A stretch of 63,906 nucleotides of DNA, filler included, from Octopus bimaculoides (taxonomy: Eukaryota), in assembly GCF_001194135.2 (NCBI RefSeq). It is 5 parts of 5 records of this genome, joined end to end, with 100 filler letters (N's around TTAATTAATTAA, not from the genome) between each part and the next. Parts side by side here need not be neighbours in the genome. Positions count along the whole stretch, not along the records: positions 55,106 to 60,514 come from NC_068982.1; positions 60,615 to 62,674 come from NC_069002.1; positions 62,775 to 63,906 come from NW_026406569.1; 2 more parts are not named here. One strand, given 5' to 3'. Positions within the stretch are counted from its first letter, which is position 1; each line of letters begins with the position of its first letter. Shown in pieces: positions 55,286 to 63,906 of this stretch. The position numbers and the translations under genes were made by a program. The notes beneath the pieces are model-generated. The model worked only from the letters and a program-made list of their open reading frames with translations. It was not told the DNA's origin and made no database searches.

Positions 55286-55777
55286 CAAAAAGTGAAAATA
55301 AGGATGATGCAAGTCAAGGTTGGTGATAACGCAAGTCGAGTGACCACGCCAGCCACCACTCCTGCGAATCCACTCAGCTAAATGAGAATTTAGAGACAAG
55401 GGCAGGTACATAAGAAAAGATGTGAGGGCGTGAAAGGGGATAATAGTTGGGACGAAATGGGATCGGAGGTTGAAGAATATGATGGAGAGAAAAAACTGTA
55501 GGAGGGGAAATCATGCTGGTGCGGCAGTTACAAGAAATTTTCCACGTAATAAGTAAAGAAATAAAGAAATTGATGAAATAACGCTTTACATGTTGACGCA
55601 TACACACATGTGTGAGTGCGCGCGCGCGCGTATATGTGTGGATGTACGCGTGCGTGCGCGTGCGCGCGCGTGCGCGCGCGTGCGTATGTGTGTAAATACA
55701 CACACATTTATATAGATAGATACATAGATAGCTATGTATGTATGTGTGTATATATACATATATATGTATATGAATAT

Positions 55778-55828
<51 letters not shown>

Positions 55829-55865
55829 TATACATACAAATATATATGCATTACTTACTACGTTT

Positions 55866-55942
<77 letters not shown>

Positions 55943-56125
55943 AAATAAGGAAGGCAGGTATATACAAAATAAAACCTAAAAGGAAAAATTCAATTGTCAT
56001 TAATTGTTACTGACGGTGCAGGGTAGCATATATGCATAAATATTTACATATATATGTATATATGTGGTATAATGCGCACATACACATACATACACATATA
56101 CATGAACTCCACGCATCCATCTCCA

Positions 56126-56190
<65 letters not shown>

Positions 56191-56319
56191 NNNNNNNNNN
56201 TGTGTGTGTATGTAATATATATGCACTAGATGTACAACTATTATATACGAGTACGTCTACATGAGTCTGATGGGTGGCTGAATATACGTTGCGCCCACAT
56301 CTTTGTATCCCCCTGTTGA

Positions 56320-56465
56320 ACAACCAGTGTCGGTTTGTCTGTGTCACTGGCACGAAGCGACGATAGCATAAGAGCTATACATGAAATAAATTCCAAAAGT
56401 GATTTGATCGAATTAGCTAAACTAATTAGCTTCATGGTTAGAGTTCAATGACTGAAACCGAAACC
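56320..56465 (+). mobile_element. SINE family A 3' part, highly diverged
   Basis: ttgaacaaccagtgtcggtttg...gatttgatcga...catgg...caatgactgaaac. Confidence 0.5.
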
Positions 56466-57296
56466 AGTAATTTATAAGACCCAAAATTTAAATAAATGAT
56501 TGATAATAATTATATTTGATTAATGTTGCAGTGATTGAAGGCTTTCAATAAGTTTGTTCAATTTCACCACCCTACTCGCTTACGGAGTAGAGAGGTTGCA
56601 ATATTCCGGCAGTATCTCTGAAATTACATATTTTCACATAATTTTAAGTCCTCTTTTGACTGCATATTTATGACTGCATGGAAAAATGACAATATTAAAT
56701 AATATTTGTAGAACTTTGTAAGCTGTTTCAAGTTGAAATCAGAATTCCTTGACAGAAAATAACTTGTGAGGAACTTTTTAGATATAACTGTACACACCTA
56801 TATTTTAACCACCGTTGCTTATTTAGTGTGCCTCTAGTCAATTATTTGCACACATCAACAGATTTATTGTTTGTTGTTTAAATATAAGAACGGCAGTTCT
56901 TAGTAGGTTATGACCGTCTGATTCTGTATCCGCAGTTGATGAAACATAACAATGTAGAAACACGTGTCTTGCAGTCTAATGACGTAATTCATAGTGGTGT
57001 GTTTTCACATACATTATCTATAAAGAGAATTTCTCTCGCGAGACAGTATCCACAGTAAATGTCTTTTCACGTTTGAGTGCACACGAACATGGGGTACATA
57101 CAGCTGTACACGCCTATATTGTAAACGTCGCTACTTAGTAAGTCATTAAGTAATTGAATAGTTTAATTAATCAAGGAATATTGATGTATTTAAAGACACT
57201 TATTAGATAAATATCTCTGAAAACACTCGAAGATAATCAGTTATTTAGATATCACTGATGGAACGCAATTATATAGATATCACTGAAGACATTACA

Positions 57297-57775
57297 TTTT
57301 TTACTTTTACTTGTATTAGTTTCAGCCAGAGGTTATAGCCATGGGTGGAACTCCGCCTTTAATGTGATTGGTTTTCATTCCACACTCACTTCCTGGCTCC
57401 CTCTCTCCGGAACAGTTTCTGGTGACGTAGTGAGTAGGACAGAGCTACTCTTTTTTGTGTTTCCTGATGCAAATTTGTTTCATATGGTTCCTCATTTAAA
57501 AATTTGTCCAAAACTTTTTTTAACGCATATACATCTTCACCTCGCATATCTCCAAGGATGGCTGAGTGTTAAGAATTTGGCAGGTTTTGGAACCTAATCT
57601 CTTACAATACTGGGTTCTTACTCTTGATGGAGAGGATAGGATCTTTAGCACTCTGCAAAGGCGACCAGTCTGGCGGTTCGTATAGCTTTCAACCACAAAG
57701 TTGTTTGACGGATGTCTTGAAGACACAAGAGTAGTTCGTTTCATTAAATGAACTGGACAGCCGGGTACCAACCAG
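57297..57775 (-). mobile_element. CR1-like LINE 3' end: ORF2 C-terminus, short 3' UTR and tail
   Basis: NFVVESYTNRQTGRLCRVLKI..SPSRVRTQYCKRLG, then (frameshifts) DVYALKK / LDKFLNEEPYE...SYSLRHQ, stop at 57386-57388, then tail taaaggcggagttccacccatggc...ctgaaac...aagtaaaagtaaaa. Confidence 0.75.
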
Positions 57776-58397
57776 AGGGATGCATTTAGATTTGTAAAAG
57801 AGCGAAACGCTAAAAAATTGAACAGAATGCTACATCAAAATCTGTCTCAGATAAACTTCACTAGGATACAAAGATCACATTCTCAGACAATAAATATTAT
57901 AGTGGTTGATCTATGAATAATATAACGACAGTTCAACACTTTAACTTATTAAAGTAAAGATTATATACAGTGTGGAAACACTGCATGACATAAAGTAATT
58001 TAACTTGAATTTTGTGTGAGAAATATTTTCGATGTGAAATTTGGGTGTGCTTGAATTCATAAGTTGTTAAATTATGGATAATCTTGAATGGAGCTGGGTC
58101 AATTGAGTTAAATCATGGTGAATTGCATTTAAATATCGAGGAAATATAATTTACAACGGGCTAAATGCTGTATGGTGTTAATCCTACTTTAAAATTACAT
58201 TCCAACAATATGTTTATTACGCACATCTTTGGCATGAAATTTGTGATATATATTTTCAGCATTGTGAAGGTGATTACAAAGCTTTGTTCGAGAGAATATA
58301 ACCTTAATGGACATTAAGCAAACATCTTTCTCCAATCATCACTTTAACTATATCTCTAATGTTTGAAATGAGAGCTATTTTAATCTCTCTCTCTCTC

Positions 58398-58445
<48 letters not shown>

Positions 58446-59280
58446 TAACGCGCGCACATGCACATACTCACGCAAGCATATGTATATATGTGTGTGTGTG
58501 TGTGTTTGTAAGAATGTGCTTAAAACTAAAGTATATATACTGTACTTCTATTTGTGTGTTCCACGATTTTAGTAAAAGTAGTTCATTTTGACAATAAAAT
58601 GGTTCAGTTAAAAATCCATCCAGTGCATTTCTGGGTTCTGGAACTTTCACAATAGAAGACTTTTCTCCTTTATTAGATCTCACCATTGATTGAAGACAGG
58701 CAATAGAAAATAAAGCGCATTCTCATATACATTCATACATACATACATACATACATACATAAGTATATCTCTACTCTTCCTGAAATCATATTTATCGTTT
58801 TCCAGTAAAGACGTGTTTGACTTGAGCTGAATAATGCGTGAGACATAATAAAATTGTGTTCAATCACACACACACACACGCGTGCGAAACCCTCCACCCA
58901 TACCCACACCCACACAATTAATTATAGATTTCTTTTTCAGTAAAATAATAGGGAACAACAAGGATAACTTTGGAGTATCATGGTTCGAAAGATCTGTCAT
59001 GGTGTTCCGTCCGGTTGGCAAATTTGTTCCGTTTGACTCTGAAACGTCCCGGAATGTCTCGATTATGGAGCAAAGAGCTGACTTCTAAAATGAAAAAACT
59101 GATTTCAAATCGGCAATGAGTCGTAGCCCTGTGGTATACAACTCACAAACGTGACAATATACTAATATTATTGCTCAGGTTGAACAAAGCGCTGTGAGTC
59201 TTTATCTTAGGTCCAGTGAATGTATGATGCGCCTCTGTCGTGTAAGAGTATTCTAAAGTCAAAAGTAGGTGGATATTGCA

Positions 59281-59417
59281 TCTTTTACTTTTTACATGTT
59301 TCAGTCATTAGACTGCGGCCGTTCTGAAGCACTGCCTTGGGAGCTTTTCCATCAATCTCTTTTTGCCGAAGAGTAAAGTAAATCCAACACTGGTTGTCAA
59401 GCGGTGGTAGGAAGACA

Positions 59418-59468
<51 letters not shown>
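59281..59468 (-). mobile_element. SINE family A 3' half ending in (CA)n
   Basis: ttttacatgtttcagtcattagactgcggcc...tttgccgaa...ggttgtcaagcggtgg. Confidence 0.8.
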
Positions 59469-59469
<1 letters not shown>

Positions 59470-59535
59470 GCACAGATGAGTTATCTCGCCTCTGACTTTC
59501 AAGTGTTTTAACACCTGAAAGCTATNNNNNNNNNN

Positions 59536-59586
<51 letters not shown>

Positions 59587-59840
59587 ATATCACTAATAAA
59601 TTTATAAAATTATCAATAATATTCACAGGAAATCAATATTCAAATTTCGAAAGATATATATCTAATATGACATGGTAATATTTTGAATTGTAGTTAAATT
59701 AAAATTTAAGATATACGAAATATAAATATAAATATATATAAAAATATAAATGTACATAAAGATATATGTGTATATAAATGCATATAAAAATTTATGCGTA
59801 ATTGACCATAAATATAAAGTCTAAAATTAAAAAAATTAAA

Positions 59841-59928
59841 CGCCTGACGATCGTTTCACGGACATTATTGCAACCACAATGTAATCAAAAGATAAGCATA
59901 CTAGCAATAATTCCGCTCTTCAGAGATG
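59841..59928 (-). ncRNA. Type I hammerhead ribozyme, left-arm copy with weakened stem I
   Basis: Same core and stems II/III as 60048-60135, but the 3' strand of stem I reads aggcg instead of agatg. Confidence 0.7.
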
Positions 59929-60047
59929 AATGGAGTTATAATATATGTGTTAATATTTTCAATATTTTTAATATTTTTTAATATTTTAATTAATATTACC
60001 TTATTATATACACCATTCGTTCTTAACACATATATTATAACTCCATT

Positions 60048-60135
60048 CATCTCTGAAGAGCGGAATTATTGCTAGTATGCTTATCTTTTGATTACATTGT
60101 GGTTGCAATAATGTCCGTGAAACGATCGTCAGATG
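60048..60135 (+). ncRNA. Type I hammerhead ribozyme with canonical core
   Basis: catct-CTGAAGA-[gcggaattattgc ...32 nt... gcaataatgtccgt]-GAAA-cgatcg-TC-agatg: 5-bp stem I, 13-bp stem II with one bulge, palindromic stem III, GUC triplet; predicted cleavage after 60130. Confidence 0.85.
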
Positions 60136-60514
60136 TTTAATTTTTTTAATTTTAGACTTTATAATATTTATGGTCAATTACGCATAAATTTTTATATGCA
60201 TTTATATACACATGTATCTTTATGTACATTTATATTTTATATACATTTATATTTATATTTCCTATATCTTAAATTTTAATTTAACTATAATTCAAAATAT
60301 TACCATGTCATATTAGATATATATCTTTCGAAATTTGAATATTGATTTCCTGTGAATATTATTGATAATTTTATAAATTTATTAATGATATAAAAACACA
60401 TATATATATATATTTATTTGCTCAAAATAATAGTGCACTTAATATAAGTTCAGTTACATATTCTTTTAGAATATTCCTTATAAAATTTATATATATATAT
60501 ATATATATATATAT

Positions 60515-60614
60515 NNNNNNNNNNNNNNNNNNNNNNNNNNNNNNNNNNNNNNNNNNNNTTAATTAATTAANNNNNNNNNNNNNNNNNNNNNNNNNNNNNN
60601 NNNNNNNNNNNNNN
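60515..60614. other. Artificial contig linker
   Basis: 44N-TTAATTAATTAA(60559-60570)-44N. Confidence 0.95.
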
Positions 60615-60670
<56 letters not shown>

Positions 60671-60728
60671 ATTGAGTCCATATCGAACTATGGTCTTTCT
60701 AGGCCTATACTGGAAATATTCCATATAT

Positions 60729-60930
60729 CATCATCATCAGTTAACATCTGTTTTCCATGCTGGTGTGGGTTGGACAGTTTGATCAGAGCTGACAAGCTGC
60801 ATCAGGTTCCTGCCTGGTTTGGCTTGGTTTCTGTAGCTTGATGCCCTTTCTAATGCCAACCACTTTACAAAGGGTGTTGGTTGCTTTTTATGTGACACCA
60901 GTACAGGTGCTTTTTACATGGACTGGCGCA
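60729..60930 (-). mobile_element. RTE-type 3' tail (LINE end or RTE-tailed SINE)
   Basis: (cat)n tail then gttaacatctgttttccatgctgg...gcttgatgccctttctaatgccaacc. Confidence 0.65.
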
Positions 60931-60951
60931 TACATACATACATACATACAT

Positions 60952-60995
<44 letters not shown>

Positions 60996-61160
60996 ATTAT
61001 ATATATATAGATATATATATATAAGGCTAGTAGAGTTAGAGGTTGGAATAACCGTCTAAGGGATAAAACTATCCATTTTACTACTGGTATAATTACCTAT
61101 GTTAACTCTGGACATACATATGCAAGCATGTCCGCAGTCAAAATGACTGAAACAAGTAAA

Positions 61161-61202
<42 letters not shown>

Positions 61203-61436
61203 TTGCTGTTGTATGTCCAAATTTGGCCAAATGCGTTTTTTTCAATATTTATTTTTACTTGCAATAGCCAGTTCTTTTGGTCAAACTATCGTATCTCCAG
61301 CTGCTTCAGATGCCAAAATATCAAAAATTACAAAATTGTAGTACAATGGTTTTGCTATGGAATGGTGAAACTATTTTTTCATTTTCTGAAAAAAAGCAAT
61401 GTTTTGGACTTACGACACTTTTGCATGATAGCAACG

Positions 61437-61482
<46 letters not shown>

Positions 61483-61609
61483 CACACACACACACACACA
61501 CACACATGCATACATCATCAACAGCATCACCATTGTCACTCTCTCCCTATCACCGCTACTATCATAAGCGTCATTATTTTAATTTCCACTTTCCCATGCT
61601 TGTGAATGC

Positions 61610-62045
61610 CAACTGAAAATCATTGAAGCAGGTTTTCTTCAGCCAGATGTGTTTTCCTTGGATGACTGGAAGAGAAGGACACCGCCAGTATGACAGTGAC
61701 ACTTGTTTACGACTATGATGCAATATTTGAGGCAAGAGACAATTTGCTGCACTACAAACCTGTTCAACATCAGTCAGCATGGAGAAATGGATGACAAAGG
61801 AATGAAGAAGAGTAATGATTAGAATGATGATGATGATGGTAGTAGTAGTGATGGTAATGATGATGACGATGACGATGATGATGATGACAATGGTGGTAGT
61901 AATGATGATGATGATGATGATAGTGGTGATGATGACAATGATGGTTGTGGTGGTGGTTGTAACTGTGGTGGTAGTGGCGGTGATGGGAACGATGATGATG
62001 ATGATGATGATGATGACAAATAACAATGATGACGCTTTTGATGAT
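61610..62045 (+). mobile_element. RTE-type 3' tail followed by an expanded, degenerate (GAT/GGT)n tract
   Basis: cagccagatg...cagcatggagaaatggatg resembles the reverse complement of 60729-60930; trinucleotide tract ~61810-62045. Confidence 0.55.
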
Positions 62046-62481
62046 GAGGAGGGGGAGGCGGAACAGAAGGCAGAGGAGTAAGGAGAATTGGAATGGTGAT
62101 GTCGATAACGACAATGATGGCAATTATGACTATGAGACATAACTGTTTAAACTGGTGTCATTACATAATTAGTAGCGTGTAATTAGTATTTTATTAACAT
62201 AAGAAAGAATATTAAAGTAAAGTCGACCAAACTGAAACAGAATTCCTTGAAATGCTGACATTGGTAAATAACAACTGTAAGGCATCAGGTCTCACAATGG
62301 CCGACCACTCCCAGAGAATTCAGTGGTTTTGGGTTCCAACGACTCCTATTATAGTTTAGTGCTACTATTATTAACTATGTTGGAGTAATTTCACTAAAGT
62401 AAGTTAAATAAACTTATTGACATTCTCTCAACTTAGTTTTACAGAGTTTCAGGTACAGAGAGAGAGGGGGGGAAGAGGAGT

Positions 62482-62530
<49 letters not shown>

Positions 62531-62674
62531 CATTTGTGAGAGTTTGTAATAGATGATAATTATGCAAGTGTGTGTGCGTTAGTGAGGGAGAGAGAGAGAA
62601 ATAGTGTGAATGAAATTGTGCATTCTATGTAACTGTGTGTGTATTCATCAACCTATGTGTCCTAAAGTATGCAT

Positions 62675-62774
62675 NNNNNNNNNNNNNNNNNNNNNNNNNN
62701 NNNNNNNNNNNNNNNNNNTTAATTAATTAANNNNNNNNNNNNNNNNNNNNNNNNNNNNNNNNNNNNNNNNNNNN
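62675..62774. other. Artificial contig linker
   Basis: 44N-TTAATTAATTAA(62719-62730)-44N. Confidence 0.95.
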
Positions 62775-63192
<418 letters not shown>

Positions 63193-63509
63193 TACAATTC
63201 TTCTCAAATACCAGATAATATATTTTTCTTTCTTTTGTCTTTATACTTTTTTTCCTTACATACACTTCTACTGCTGTATTTCTGTCCAGTGTTACCTTTG
63301 TTTAGTAAAACTTCCATAAATGTACCAACTTTAATCAGCACACAAGCTCCTCTACTCGACATTCCAGTCAACGCTCAGTAATTTGGCTAATATTAGGATT
63401 TCAGAGCAAATGTTTCACAGGAATTCTTCCACAGGTTTGCAGAAACAATGTTTCACATCTGTTTCGTATATTTTCCCTTAGTCTTGAAAACATGGTAGAT
63501 ATTGAGGTT

Positions 63510-63540
63510 CTGAAATTAAAGAGAAACAACAGTGTAAAAT
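63510..63540 (-). other. 3' splice acceptor likely opening the ZNF terminal exon
   Basis: attttacactgttgtttctctttaatttcag|aacc, ~320 nt upstream of the ZNF ATG on the same strand. Confidence 0.45.
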
Positions 63541-63633
63541 GTAGAGAATAATTAATAAAGACAGATTCATTTCTACTGAGATAAACTGTAGAAACAAACA
63601 TTTACCGTAACAACTGGGGAGGATACCCAACAG

Positions 63634-63805
63634 TTCCATAAAAAAGAGTGAATCTCTCAAAGTGGATTGGAACACATGGAAGTGGGACACCCAAGAATAC
63701 ATGAGAGGATGTACTGATGTGCAAACTTAGGACACTGAACCTTTCAGATGATATGATAAAGGCCAAGATGCCTGGCACCTCGCTGTACTCAAGAAGACCA
63801 TTATT
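63634..63805 (+). mobile_element. RTE-clade LINE ORF2 extreme C-terminus relic
   Basis: SIKKSESLKVD|GTHGSGTPKNT*EDVLMCKLRTLNLSDDMIK|QDAWHLAVLKKT follows the RTE pattern V.G.R.RGRP.KTW...DR..W. Confidence 0.75.
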
Positions 63806-63906
63806 CCACCATAGAAGTATTCAGATACATCTCTTTAGTGGTGAAAAGCACTTGTGACCATTCTTAATAAGAGTGAATTTTCAGTGTCATGTTAAAGTGT
63901 CATCAC

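Larger units (their letters stand above)
59580..60400. mobile_element. Fold-back element: ~375-bp inverted arms (59580-59953 / 60023-60400), 69-nt loop, one hammerhead per arm
   Basis: Arms are reverse complements with about 7 substitutions and 3 small indels by manual comparison; flanked by TA/GT repeats. Confidence 0.9.

Noticed and set aside
443-62140. Long ORF-track entries rich in YI/HT/CV/X or poly-M/H/N/Y
   Set aside because: They are translations of microsatellites and N gaps, not genes.

Overview
AT-rich eukaryotic genomic DNA, most consistent with an Octopus-type cephalopod draft assembly (inferred from the SINE/LINE/mariner repeat families, extreme microsatellite density and the CDICGKSF-type C2H2 zinc-finger sequence). 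There are many N gaps, mostly bounded by (TA)n, and four artificial 100-bp contig linkers (44N-TTAATTAATTAA-44N). No intact protein-coding gene can be supported; most ORF-track entries are microsatellite or N artefacts. Recognisable content: a disrupted C2H2 zinc-finger gene at the right end; relics of hAT, mariner, CR1-like and RTE elements; several tRNA-derived SINE families; and four hammerhead-ribozyme (HHR) motifs. The most striking feature is an ~820-bp fold-back element (59580-60400) whose two ~375-bp inverted arms each carry a type I hammerhead pointing outward from the centre. Also notable: a CR1-like LINE 3' end that runs into the tail shared by the commonest SINE, a CpG-rich promoter-like island at 21.4-21.7 kb, and weak candidate minus-strand exons. 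All alignments and translations were done by eye; no database searches were run.
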